Both the position numbers and the translations under genes were made by a program. A stretch of DNA of 64,000 nucleotides from Macrostomum lignano (lineage: Eukaryota): assembly GCA_002269645.1 (NCBI GenBank), contig NIVC01000046.1, forward strand, positions 311,481 to 375,480, given 5' to 3'. Below, in pieces: positions 20,301 to 32,866 of the stretch. The first letter of the stretch is position 1, and each line of letters opens with the position of its first letter. The notes below the pieces were generated by a model that was given only the letters and a program-made list of their open reading frames with translations, was not told the origin of the DNA and searched no databases.

Positions 20301-23300
20301 GCAATTAGTCAATTTAGCGCCGCAATTAGTCAATTTAGCGCCGCAATTAGTCAATTTAGCGCCGCAATTAGTCAATTTAGCGCCGCAGACACTCATTTAA
20401 GCGCCGCAGGCACTCATTTTAGCGCCGCAGGCACTCATTTTAGCGCCGCAGACACTCATTTAAGCGCCGCAGGCACTCATTTAAGCGCCGCAGGCACTCA
20501 TTTTAGCGCCGCAGGCACTCATTTTAGCGCCGCAGGCACTCAATTTAGCGCCGCAATTAGTCAATTTAGCGCCGCAGACACTCATTTAAGCGCCGCAGGC
20601 ACTCATTTTAGCGCCGCAGGCACTCATTTTAGCGCCGCAGACACTCATTTAAGCGCCGCAGGCACTCATTTAAGCGCCGCAGGCACTCATTTTAGCGCCG
20701 CAGGCACTCATTTTAGCGCCGCAGGCACTCAATTTAGCGCCGCAGGCACTCATTTTAGCGCCGCAGGCACTCATTTTAGCGCCGCAGGCAGTCAATTTAG
20801 CGCCACAGGCAGTCAATTTAGCGCCACAGGCAGTCAATTTAGCGCCACAGGCAGTCAATTTAGCGCCACAGGCAGTCAATTTAGCGCCGCAGACACTCAG
20901 TTTAGCGCCGCAGACACTCAGTTTAGCGCCGCAGGCAGTCAATTTAGCGCCACAGGCAGTCAATTTAGCGCCACAGGCAGTCAATTTAGCGCCGCAGGCA
21001 CTCATTTTAGCGCCACAGGCACTCATTTTAGCGCCGCAGGCACTCATTTTAGCGCCGCAGACACTCATTTTAGCGCCACAGGCACTCATTTTAGCGCCGC
21101 AGGCACTCATTTTAGCGCTGCAGACACTCATTTTAGCGCCGCAGGCACTCATTTTAGCGCCGCAGGCACTCATTTTAGCGCCGCAGGCAGTCAATTTAGC
21201 GCCACAGGCAGTCAATTTAGCACCACAGGCAGTCAATTTAGCGCCGCAGGCAGTCAATTTAGCGCCACAGGCAGTCAATTTAGCGCCACAGGCAGTCAAT
21301 TTAACGCCGCAGTCACTCATTTTAGCGCCGCAGGCAGTCAATTTAGCGCCGCAGGCACTCATTTTAGCGCCGCAGGCAGTCAATTTAGCGCCGCAGGCAC
21401 TCATTTTAGCGCCGCAGGCACTCATTTTAGCGCCGCAGGCACTCATTTTAGCGCCGCAGGCACTCATTTTAGCGCCGCAGGCAGTCATTTTAGCGCGCCG
21501 CAGGCAGTCATTTTAGCGCCGCAGGCAGTCATTTTAGCGCGCCGCAGGCAGTCAATTTAGCGCCGCAGGCAGTCATTTTAGCGCGCCGCAGGCACTCATT
21601 TTAGCGCCGCAGATGCTACGTTTATATTTTAGCGCCCTGAAACAAAATTATTGCTTTACACAACGGGTCATAAGGTGGAGTGGGGGGGGGGAAAGCATTG
21701 CCATGTCGCCACCCATAGCTTTTACTGGGGGGCTGGGGGCAGATGTCCCCCCTGTCCCCCCCCCCTTGGTGGCGTCGCCCCTGATGTTGTTTATAATCAA
21801 ATTTTTCTAATTTAGTTCTCATATTAGTTCACTTACTTCGCGTTGCCTAACATTCTAACTAATTCTAAGTATTTCGTATATATTATATAGAGGTAAATAA
21901 GTACAATCTAATTCAACCACTTATCTTAATAAGCTAGGAAATTAATTTTTCAAAATTTATCACTATGAAGGCTTAACATTTGTAGATTATGTTTACACCT
22001 TAACTTGATCAACCTTAATTGGTGGCATACTTTGTACCTAATCTTTTTTCTCTATCTTCTGTTTGCTAACTGTTTGCCTGCTTGATGCTGGTGGCAGCTG
22101 TGAAGGCACTGGAGCACTGGCTTGGGTGTGAGAGACTGCTTCAGAGACTAGCTAGAGATGTTGACTGAATTCTAACCATCTTTTCTTGGTCCTGCGATTG
22201 AGCGGAAAATGTGGGACAGATAACTACTGATTAAGTAGATAGAAAGGTAGATAAGTAGATAAAAGAGTTAGCTAGAGAGAGAAGAGAGGCCTAGATAGAG
22301 ATAAGAAAGGTAGATAAAGAGAGAGAGGAAAGGGGTAGATTGAGAGGAGGAGGGGGGTAGATAGAGAGGAGGAGGGGTAGATAGAGAGGAGGAGGGGTAG
22401 ATAGAGAGGAGGAGGGGTAGATAGAGAGGAGGAGGGGTAGATAGAGAGAGGAGGGGTAGATATAGAGGAGGAGGGGTAGATAGGGAGGAGGAGGGGTAGA
22501 TAGAGAGGAGGAGGGTTAGATAGAGAGGAGGAGGGGTAGATAGAGAGGAGGAGGGGTAGATAGAGAGGAGGAGGGGTAGATAGAGAGAGGAGGGGTAGAT
22601 ATAGAGGAGGAGGGGTAGATAGAGAGGAGGAGGGGTAGATAGAGAAGAGGAGGGGTAGTTAGAAAGTAGGAGGGGTAGATAGAGAGGAAGAGGGGTAGAT
22701 AGAGAGCAAGAGGGGTAGATAGAGAGGAAGAGAGGTAGATAGAGAGGAAGAGGGGTAGATAGAGAGGAAGAGGGGTAGATAGAGAGGAAGAGGGGTAGAT
22801 AGAGAGGAAGAGGGGTAGATAGAGAGGAAGAGGGGTAGATAGAGAGGAAGAGGGGTAGATAGAGAGGAAGAGGGGTAGATAGAGAGGAAGAGGGGTAGAT
22901 AGAGAGGAAGAGGGGTAGATAGAGAGGAAGAGGGGTAGATAGAGAGGAAGAGGGGTAGATAGAGAGGAAGAGGGGTAGATAGAGAGGAGGGGTAGATAGA
23001 GAGGAGGGGTAGATAGAAAGGAGGGGTAGATAGAGAGGAGGGGTAGATAGAGAGGAGGGGTAGATAGAGAGGAGGGGTAGATAGAGAGGAGGGGTAGATA
23101 GAGAGGAGGGGTAGAAACGAGAATGTAGGTAGATAACAAGAGAAGAGAACAATTGCAGTAGACAGACGCAGATAAGAAAAGTATATAGAAATTTTTAAAA
23201 GCGGTCAGAAAAACATTTGAGCAGTAATTTTGCCAATCAGAAATAAAAACAGACTCAGCCGCACACTCTGACAGCACAGATTCCAATGCAGTGCTCAAAC

Positions 23301-26300
23301 TTCAAACAAAACTCCCCTCTGCCCACCAACCCGCAGTCGCTACGGCTTCAGCCTTTTCACCAGACCGACATCCCGGATCTGGGCGACTTCGCCCTTCAAC
23401 CAGCCGGCAGAGACGCGGCCGGATCGCTGAAGTGTCGCATCAGCCGACACTCCCGCGGCATGGACGGGTCCCGCTACCCAACCTACTATCTGCATCTGGA
23501 ACGCGACGATGGCAAACGAAGCTTCTTGCTGGCCGCTAGAAAGCGCAAACGTTCGTCAACATCAAACTACTTGATCTCCTGCGATCCCACCGATTTAAGT
23601 CGACGCGGCGACGGCTACGTTGGAAAGTTGAGAGCAAATTTTCTTGGGACAGCGTTCACCGTGTTTGATTCGGGTTTGTCGCCGAAGAAGCTCACTGCGG
23701 CCAAGTCGCCGGAGGCTGGTAGGAGGGAACTGGCTGGGATCACCTACGAGACTAACGTGCTGGGATTTCGCGGCCCCAGGAAAATGACTGTGGTCCTGCC
23801 AGCGATGTTGGAGGCTGAGGAGGGCGACTGCGTCAGGGTGGACATCAGATCGAATTCTGAGGAGGAGGGGCTGGTTGAGAGGCTGAAACGGAGGGAGATG
23901 TCGCATCTGATGGAGCTGCATAACCGAACTCCGGTTTGGAATGAGGGTGAGTTGCTGGGATCTGGGACTGACTATTGGGATCTGCGACTGACTATTGGGA
24001 TCTGGGACTGATTGTTGGGATCTGGGACTGATTGTTGGGATCTGGGACTGACTATTGGGATCTGGGACTGACTATTGGGATCTGGGACTGACTATTGGGA
24101 CCTGGGACTGACTATTGGGATCTGGGACTGCTTGTTGGGATCTGGGACTGCTTGTTGGAATCTGGGACTGACTATTGGGATCTGGGACTGATTGTTGGGA
24201 TCTAGAACTGATTGTTGGGATTTCTTGAGGTTTTGTGATTCAGTGAGTATGTGCAATCTCGTTAGCTGGCTTTTTATTTTATCTCATAATTTCAGCAGCC
24301 AATCACACAGAAGCAACTATTTTGCATCAGCATTATGCATGGCTTATAAATATTATATCTATACATATATTGCCGTATTACTGTATTATCTGTGCGAAAT
24401 GAGATTTGAATAAATTTGCCTGCTTAGAGGATTTGAGCGAGTTTCGAGAATTTTCTCTCTCTCTACTCGCTCATGCGAAGTTCAGCTCCCTAACCTAAGC
24501 TTTGGGGTCGTTATGGGCAGAGTTGAGTGTGTCTGGAGACTGACGGGGGCGGGGCCGCCCTGATCCTGGGTGTGCTATGGATTAATGTTTATCGCAAATC
24601 TTTGACTGACCTGACTGAATTATTCTTTTGGAAATAATTTTTTAGCTGCAAATTTCCCGTGGGTGGCTAAAGTGATGGCTGAGACAGTGGACACATTTAA
24701 TTGAGACAGTGGACACATTTAATTGAGACAGTGGACACATTTAATTGAGACAGTGGACACATTTAATTGAGACAGTGGACACATTTAATTGAGACCGTGA
24801 GGACACATTTAATTGAGACAGTGGACACATTTAATTGAGACAGTGGACACATTAATTTGAGACAGTGAACACATTTAATTGAGACAGTGAGGACACATTT
24901 AATTGAGACAGTGAGGACACATTCAATTGAGACAGTGGACACATTTAATTGAGACAGTGGACACATTTAATTGAGACAGTGGACACATTTATTTGAGACA
25001 GTGAGGACACATTTAATTGATACAGTGAGGACACATTTAATTGAGACAGTGAGGACACATTTAATTGAGACCGTGAGGACACATTCAATTGAGACAGTGG
25101 ACACATTTAATTGAGACAATGAGGACACATTTAATTGAGACAGTGAGGACACATTTAATTGAGACAGTGGACACATTTAATTGAGGCAGTGGACACATTT
25201 AATTGAGACCGTGAGGACCATTTAGTTAAGACAGTGGACACATTTAATTGAGACAGTGGACACATTTAATTGAGACAGTGGACACATTTAATTGAGACCG
25301 TGAGGACACATTTAATTGAGACAGTGAGGACACATTTAATTAAGACCGTGAGGACACATTCAATTGAGACAGTGGACACATTTAATTGAGACAGTGAACA
25401 CATTTAATTGAGACAGTGGACACATTTAATTGAGACCGTGAGGACACATTTAATTGAGACAGTGAGGACACATTTAATTGAGACAGTGGACACATTTATT
25501 TGAGACAGTGGACACATTTAATTGAGACAGTGAACACATTTAATTGAGACAGTGGACACATTTAATTGAGACAGTGAGGACACATTCAATTGAGACAGTG
25601 GACACATTTAATTGAGACAGTGGACACATTTAATTGAGACAGTGAGGACACATTCAATTGAGACAGTGGACACATTCAATTAAGACAGTGGACACATTTA
25701 ATTGAGACAGTGAGGACACATTCAATTGAGACAGTGGACACATTTAATTGAGACAGTGGACACATTTAATTGAGACAGTGGACACACTTAATTGAGACAG
25801 TGGACACATTTAATTGAGACAGTGGACACATTCAATTGAGACAGTGAGGACACATTCAGTTGAGACAGTGAGGACACATTCAATTGAGACAGTGGACACA
25901 TTCAATTGAGACAGTGGACACATTCCATTGAGACAGTGAGGACACATTCAGTTGAGACAGTGGACACATTCAGTTGAGACAGTGGACACATTCAGTTGAG
26001 ACAGTGGACACATTCCATTGAGATAGTGGACACTTTTAGTTGAGACAGTGAGGACACATTCCATTGAGACAGTGGACACATTCACATGAGACAGTGAGGA
26101 CACATTTACATGAGACAGTGGACACATTCAATTGAGACAGTGGACACATTTAATTGAGACAGTGGACACATTCAATTGAGACAGTGGACACATTCAATTG
26201 AGACAGTGAGGACACATTCACATGAGACAGTGGACACATTTACATGAGACAGTGGACACATTCAATTGAGACAGTGGACACATTTAATTGAGACAGTGGA

Positions 26301-27590
26301 CACATTCAATTGAGACAGTGGACACATTCAATTGAGACAGTGAGGACACATTCACATGAGACAGTGGACACATTTACATGAGACAGTGGACACTTTCAGT
26401 TAAGACAGTTAAAGCTCTTTAACTTTGCTCTATATATTTATCAAGATCCAAGTCTAACGCTTTCTTCCGCATCTCTGTAGCTATTCAGAAGTTGATAAAT
26501 TATACTCTCTACAGTTTTATTACACCCTATTCCCAGTACATGCTGCCATTCATTGTATAAGCTTAAGCTTATTAAATAAATATGATTTATAATGCCTTCG
26601 GGTGGAACATACAAGAACTATCATACTTTATTATAGTAATCGGATGCATCCATTTTTGAAATGATTGAGTGCTTTGTCGCAGTTAAGTTAACCTGCAGAC
26701 TCAATTTCAAGCCTTGAATCACAATGCCCAGTCTAATTATACTGTCGTATGAACCTTTACAGAGACCCAGTCCTATGTGCTCAACTTTCATGGTCGGGTG
26801 ACTCAAGCGTCGGTTAAAAATTTTCAAATCGTTCGCGACAACGATGGTGAGTCCATTTGGGTAACCAGCTAATGACCTTCATGAGCTAATGACCAACTAA
26901 TGACCTTTATGACCTAATGACCAACTAATGACTTATATGAGTTAATGACATTCATGAGTTAATGACCAACTAATGACCTTTATGATTTATTGACCAACTA
27001 ATGACCTTTATGAGCTAATGACCAACTATAATGACCTTTATGATTTATTGACCAACTAATGACCTTTATGAGCTAATGACCAACTATAATGACCTTTATG
27101 AGTTTATGACCAACTATAATGACCTTCATGAGCTTATGACCAACTAATAAACTTCATGACTGAATGAGCAACCCAATGACCTTCACAGAAGCTTTATGAT
27201 CAATTTAATGACCTTCATAGAGGTTCAATGACCAACCTTATGACCTTCATAGGATCTCAATGACCAACCCAATGACCTTCATCAAAGCTTTATGATCAAT
27301 CCTATGACCGTTTTAGAGACTCAATGATCTTCATAAAAATGAGACAGTGTACAAATTTAGTTGCGACACGCAACTTTATGACACGCAACTTTACTTTTAC
27401 CACAAGAATTTATTTACAATCTTTGAACTCAAATAGCCCCTCATTAAAATTCGCAGTGGACCAAATCGTGATGCAGTTCGGCCGAATATCAGACGACTTG
27501 TTCACCATGGACTTTGCTTATCCGCTGTGCCCTCTGCAAGCCTTTGGCATTGCTCTGTCCTCGTTTGACAGCAAACTGGCTTGCGAATGA
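14394..27590 (+). CDS. TULP: Tubby-like protein, 5 coding exons, ~447 aa
   Basis: Exons 14394-14625, 15437-15675, 23292-23946, 26763-26846, 27457-27590. All introns are GT-AG and phase-consistent; total 1344 nt. Tubby domain motifs [75 protein letters not shown] and MQFGR...[29 protein letters not shown]. Confidence 0.93.
14745..15310. repeat. Intronic ~22-bp minisatellite TTCGATATCCCTAATCCCCTG
   Basis: Tandem copies in TULP intron 1, degenerating toward the acceptor. Confidence 0.9.
15830..17040. repeat. Intronic 16-bp minisatellite GACTATTCACAAA(C/T)T(T/C)
   Basis: About 75 copies in TULP intron 2. Confidence 0.95.
17300..18045. repeat. Intronic G-rich 20-bp minisatellite GGGTCAGGGTCGGGTGTAGT
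   Basis: About 37 copies, with three GGG tracts per unit. Confidence 0.95.
18199..18927 (+). CDS. Candidate nested ORF: basic motif plus Q/E/N-rich repeat (uncertain)
   Basis: ATG at 18199. A non-repetitive N-terminus [41 protein letters not shown] is followed by CAG-rich repeats. The motif recurs at 19793-19888 with synonymous changes. Confidence 0.3.
   Translation: MPVSESGNLAKMAHMRRCKLKTSTRADFLREQQLLEVNAENRVPGKTKWIVVQQRDQQSEQHEQQNERQNEQQKQQNEQQEQQNEQQKQEEQLNEQQKQEEQLNEQQNEQQKQQEQLNEQQNEQQKQQEQLNEQQKQQEQQNEQQKQQNEQQEQQKQQNEQQEQQKQQNEQQEQQNEQQNVQQKQQKQPNEQQKQQEQQNEQQKQQEQLNEQQKQQEQQNEQKNEQQKQKQQEQQQKQHNQH
18360..19765. repeat. CAG/GAG/AAG-rich low-complexity tandem array
   Basis: Units such as GAGCAGCAGAAGCAGCAA and AGCAGCAAAAATGGCAAA; open in several frames on both strands. 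Confidence 0.9.
20111..21783. mobile_element. hAT-like MITE whose interior is a 1.4-kb minisatellite
   Basis: Left end CCGGGTCGTCGCCA (20111-20124) vs reverse complement of the right end CAGGGGCGACGCCA: 11/14 match. Flanking 8-mers GTGGTGTT (20103-20110) and ATGTTGTT (21784-21791) match 6/8, consistent with a decayed 8-bp TSD. Confidence 0.55.
20226..21612. repeat. 21-bp minisatellite TTAGCGCCGCAGGCA(CT/GT)CA(T/A)T
   Basis: About 65 copies; source of the SAAGTHF and ACGAKLT ORFs. Confidence 0.96.
22320..23115. repeat. Purine-rich minisatellite GAGGGGTAGATAGAGAG(GA/AG), ~18-21 bp
   Basis: Tandem copies ending ~170 bp before the TULP exon 3 acceptor. Confidence 0.93.
23951..24222. repeat. 20-bp minisatellite TTGGGATCTGGGACTGACTA
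   Basis: Starts immediately after the GTGAGT donor of TULP exon 3. Confidence 0.92.
24680..26400. repeat. ~21-23-bp minisatellite GAGACAGTG(A)GGACACATTTAATT
   Basis: Long tandem array in TULP intron 3 with a sequence gradient along its length. Confidence 0.96.
26868..27305. repeat. Degenerate ~28-30-bp minisatellite TAATGACCTTTATGAGCTAATGACCAAC
   Basis: Begins ~20 bp after the TULP exon 4 donor. Confidence 0.85.
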
Positions 27591-27794
27591 TGCAGGCTTT
27601 TACCATGTGGGATGCTGTTATCGCGTGATTCTGCAGCTCTGCTTTTAATCTCTTTTTTGATCGAATTTCTTTTTGGGCAATTTTCTTGTAATAGGTCTGG
27701 CATTTCTGTGATTGCTTTATTTTGCTGTCGATCAGCTGTCTCAGCCACTCTTCTCACGTTCTGTCTCGTCTCTCATTCAATATGCTGTTTTAAG

Positions 27795-28030
27795 CTCTCT
27801 TATCTACTTCTCTCCCCTCCCTTATCTACTTCTCTCCCCTCCCTTATCTACAATACTTTTCCTCTCACCCTTATCATTTTTTTATCTCCCTTATCGACTT
27901 TTTTCTCTTCCTTATCTACCTCTCATCTCCCTTATCTACTTCTCTTCCTTATCTACTTCTCTTCTCACCTTTATCTACTTCTCTTCTCACCCTTATCTAC
28001 TTCTCTTCCACCCTTATCTACTTCCCATTT
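27795..28030. repeat. C/T-rich repeat CCTTATCTACTTCTCT in the probable TULP 3' UTR
   Basis: Tandem degenerate copies downstream of the stop at 27590. Confidence 0.8.
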
Positions 28031-28789
28031 TCTGCACTTTCTCGTCTGTAATATATCGTGTATTTCATTTATTTTCATAATACTAATTTTAAAAATCTCT
28101 CAAAGATTTAACAATTTATTGATGGAGCTTGTTAAATTTTTAAGCAATTACTAGAAGAAAAGATAATTAACAGCAATCTTAGCACAGCTTTTTTGTACAG
28201 AATTTTTTATGGTGTTACTTTCGAAAAATAAAGTCAATCAAATGTTTTTTAATGTTTCAGAATCAACGTTTCATTTGAAATGTTTATCGTTATAAATTAA
28301 GTTAATTTTTTATTTAACGAGTGCACTTCTCTGCAGCAGCTAATAGATTTAAGAAGTTGTAAATATTTATTTGTTTAAAATTTGTCTGTGTTAAACACGT
28401 TTTATCGTTTGTTTGTCTTCTGCTGTATTATGAGTCCTATCGCTTTCTTTGCATATATTCAGCTGGTTTGTCGCATTGTTTTACAAACTTGAAAACACGG
28501 GAGCCCACATTTTTTTAAAATGAATAAAAATATATAAAAATATGTATATATGACTTTTGATTTTTGTTTTGTACTGAATTTTAGCAGAGAAGAAAGATTC
28601 AATCATTTATTTGTAAATTTGTTATTTGTTAATTTTTTAATTTTTTGGATTCGCTTACAGTCTACTTTTAGTAGCCACTAGAAAAATGGAGGTGTTTTTA
28701 ATAGACGGCTCGTATTTGTGATTCTAGAATTTTTTCTAAAAAAACTGACTGATTATTTAGATAGTGGGAGATTAGGTATTGGGAGTTTA

Positions 28790-29065
28790 AGGAGTGTGGA
28801 TTAGAGGAGGCATTAAGGAGAGGGCATTAGAGGAGGGCATTAAAAGAGGCCATTAGGGAGAGGGCATTAGGGAGAGGCAATTAGGGACACGCTATTAGAG
28901 AGAGGGAATTAGGGAGAGGCCATTAGGGAGACGCTATTAGATAGAGGGAATTAGGGAGAGGCCATTAGGGAGAGGGAATTAGGGAGAGGCCATTAGGGAG
29001 AGGGAATTAGGGAGAGGCCATTAGGGAGAGGGAATTAGGGAGAGGCCATTAGGGAGAGAGAGCAT
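28790..29065. repeat. Purine-rich repeat ATTAGGGAGAGG(G/C)
   Basis: Degenerate ~15-16-bp tandem units containing TTAGGG. Confidence 0.8.
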
Positions 29066-29746
29066 TTCGGAGAGGGCAATCATGAAGATTAATCATATAC
29101 ATGTAGCTCTTAAGGGTTAAGTAATTTCTTCTCAAGTGAGAGGTAATTGCATTTTGATGCAGGTCGCAGCTTCAATGCAACTCCTAAAGCTCAAAAATGT
29201 TTATATAGACTGCTAAAGTATAGACCAGAACTCTCTCTGATGATGAAGAACAGACATTAGACCCGCCCTTACAGCGCTACAAAAAAGAATTATATATAAA
29301 TGCCGCTGTTATACAATAAGCCAAGACAGACTTAAGTAAAAGTGGAATCATTTCAACCGAGATTAATTTTTTTGAAGAGAAAACAGAAATAAAAATTTCT
29401 TTGTCTACAATGGAAATAGACATAGAAATTGAGTTAGACCGAGTGTGCTCAAAGTGCGGGGCTTGTTAAATGTGACGATTGTTCAGGTTTTTTCAGTCTG
29501 TTGTCTGCTGCGGCCTGTTAATTGCAGACCTGAGGTGGGGACTGACCCAGGAGCAGAGGGGTCAGGCGTGAATCTAGCTTCTCTTACCTCAGCAGATAAG
29601 AACAGACCCTGCTCTGACACAGGGGTAGCTATATGAAGAATAAGGGGCAACACTGTACATTATATTTAATCGCTCATTTAAACTGCTTTGGCTATTTCGA
29701 ATGCTTTAGTCTATAGAGAGCTGTCTCAGCGTAGATACACCTGGGC

Positions 29747-32700
29747 ATGGACGAACCGCCTTCAGATGAGGGTCGACAGAGGCTTGAGAAATGTTTGACC
29801 ATTCTGTCAAAGAATGTACCAGTGACAGATCAGCTGCTTGAGCAGTTGGAGGAATCTCAGTTGATATCGCAGCAGAATGGAGTGAAATCGGTGAGTTGCG
29901 GGTTTTATCTACCAGTGTTAGGCTTTGCAATCTCCGTGGGTCTGCAGTCTCCGGCCGGAGATCGCAAGACAAATGTGACTCTGCTTTGCAATCTCGAGTC
30001 CCGGACAACGCAAAGCATAACAAAAGAATTTGAGATCTCTGGGGGTAAAAATGTACATGAGCGGTGTACAGCCTCGGGGCTAAAACTCTGCCAAATAATT
30101 ATTGGTTGCATGTGCAGGAACTCACACAGCCTTTATATGCAAACAGCTAATATACTCAGCAACAGTCAAAAGTTCCACCCCACTAAGCGAGATATTGCGA
30201 GTGACGCAACTTACGGCACGCGCAAAGCTTATTGCCACTTGGGGGTGGCTTGGGTCTGCTTAATGGTCCAGGAGGACAACGCGCCGCCACACCAAGCCGA
30301 TGCTGTCAGTCAACCGAAAGAACAGCTACAGCTGCGCACTCTGCGCTGGCCTTCCCGGTCCCCAGACATGAATCCCATCGAGCATGTCTGGTGACTTCCT
30401 AAAACGCAACATTCGAAAATAGAATCCACTATGAATTTTGCGGAGAGCTCTGCGTCATGCTATTGAAACGTGAACATGCTTCGGAGCAGCTTCCCCAGGA
30501 CTTTCTGCGCCGCCTCATCCTTGGGATGCCAGTCAGATTCTAACTGAATATTGCATAAAAAATTTATGATTTTGTGCCACTGAAGTTTACTACGAGTATT
30601 GATATTCAATCAACTTTCTCTTCCTCGCGGCGGCTTTATAGTCGCGTAACTTGAGGGTTGAATTGTGGGTGTGAAGTTTTCGCAATTTGGAGGGTGGAAC
30701 TTTTGACTGTTGCTGAGTATACTACTGTACCTAGCAGAGGTGAGCTCTAGATGCTCAGTGTATTTTAATAGCTATTTAATCAAGAATTTAGAAGGCTGCA
30801 AGTGTGACTGAGGTACTTGCAGTTTCAAATAGAGACAGACATGGAAAAGGCGAGTCTAAACCAAGTGTTCTTTTGCGAGCTCGTATTGAAGGAGTACGTC
30901 GAAATTCCTGGAGACTTGCCGGCCAAAGTTAGGGACAATTTGAAGCGCAAAATTTGAGAGAAAAGTAAAGTCTTTTGTGACGAATAAAGGCAGGAAGACG
31001 TACGGTTTGTGTAGCGGTTAAATTTGACAATCTAGAGCCAGCAGCCGACTTCCCTTAGCGTAAATTGCAGATTTGGTATGTTGAATTGAAGGTTAGGTTT
31101 GGATTGGTAGCTGCCTAATTTTAGTGCGACTAAAGCAATTGAATGCCACGGCTAAGGGCCCGCGAGAAGCGGAGCGAAAACCCAGGAGTGAAGAGAGAGA
31201 CTGCAAGCGTATATTTAATTGGTAGGTAAACAGATAAAAAACAACAACACCCCTAATCCAAAACCCAGACAAACCCCCCACGCGGCGCGCAATGTATATG
31301 TACAAATTAATCGATAAATTATATCGTGCAAGAATAACATACGCCAGTACATGTACATAGGTAGAACTATTTTACGAGAAAGAATAACGATATGAATGAA
31401 ATACAAATAGTTAGAATAAATACATACGAGGCTACAAAAACAAAGCAATTAACTGTAACATTAGCGCAATAATAATGCGTATAGAATATTGTTAAAATAA
31501 ATTAAAGAATACAAGTGGTACGGTATGCATGCGAGATAAGGAAATACGATCAGATGATTCTACGAATTACACTGTCACAAGTGAGAAACCGCAAGAAAGG
31601 CGCCCAGAACAGCAGCGGCGTGTTGCTCTTTACGGAGGATGAAGTCAGGGAAAAGATCAAAACACTGCACGTCGAGTCATGTTAAATAGGAATGAAGAGC
31701 ACCATTGGCCTCTTTACCGCGCGATTTTACAACGAAAAATAACGGGAGGTTTTAGGGTGTGGAGATTCTTCATGGGGAATCGATTTTTATTCATGTACCT
31801 AAACTTCGATAGAGGCATGGGGGTCTATTGAAAATAAGGTATTTAAAAGTTTTTGGGGTCGAAAGGGGAGTGACCAACAAAGAACAATGACCAATAACCA
31901 GGGCCTTTCATTCACCAAATTATATAGTATTAAGAAACAAAATAAAAATTTTCCTAACAGTAATTTTACATCCTTGAAACACTTTCACTTACGACTCGTA
32001 GTCTTTTTGTTCCAAAATATCATTTTAGTACATTATTGTTCTTTGACCCGGACATCACAATCCGGATAGCTCGTATCTCAAAGCAAACCTTAGTTTTTTC
32101 GGCAGGATGTTTCAACCTAGCTTGTGACTTCCGGGGGGAGACCCCCGGAACCCCGGAGACCCCGGAGAACGTAAAGCAGCTAACACAATACTATCCGAAA
32201 GTACAACACCGGGTAATGAAACACCTAGTAGGACCTCTGTGACTTTATAGTGAGCCATGCACTGTTCCTTTGGTTTGTGGGATTTCAGATCATGTACTGA
32301 TGCGACAACATATATATTTACAGCACAGAGACAGACAGGGAGAGAGATGGAGAGAAATTGATTTAGGACTTGGAATGGAATAGCGAGTGATCCCTTAATC
32401 CCTAAGTCTTCTGTAAGTTTGTCGGATAGTGCATAGATACATGTACATGCGCGTTGCTGCCAATAGAGAGGGGGCGGTTATTATTGCTTTTATTTCTTCA
32501 ATGTTCGGAGGGGAACGCTGGAGGGGAAATGGAAATGGGAGCCACAGACTGACATGTAAAAATACTGCAAAATAGAATACAGCACACGATTAATTTTATG
32601 CAGATATTTTGGCACAATCACAAGGACATACATATGCATGTACAGACATAGATATACAGACAGATAGACATATCAATTAAACCGATACAAACCTGCAGAC

Positions 32701-32835
32701 ACAGACATACAGAAATATTGGCACAGACATACCGATACACATACAGATAAACACAAACACTAACATGCAGACAAGAAGACAGACATGCAGACACACACAC
32801 AGACACTGACAACAGACACACAGACAAACAGACAC

Positions 32836-32866
<31 letters not shown>

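Noticed and set aside
20103-21560. 485-aa SAAGTHF repeat ORF resembling an antifreeze or adhesive protein
   Set aside because: The unit length is a multiple of 3 and the array is open on both strands. It lies inside a MITE-like element in a tubby intron, and variants show no codon-position bias that I could see.
24680-26400. CRISPR-like appearance of this and other regular arrays (also 42045-43620, 15830-17040)
   Set aside because: The units are contiguous with no unique spacers, no cas genes are present, and the context is eukaryotic.
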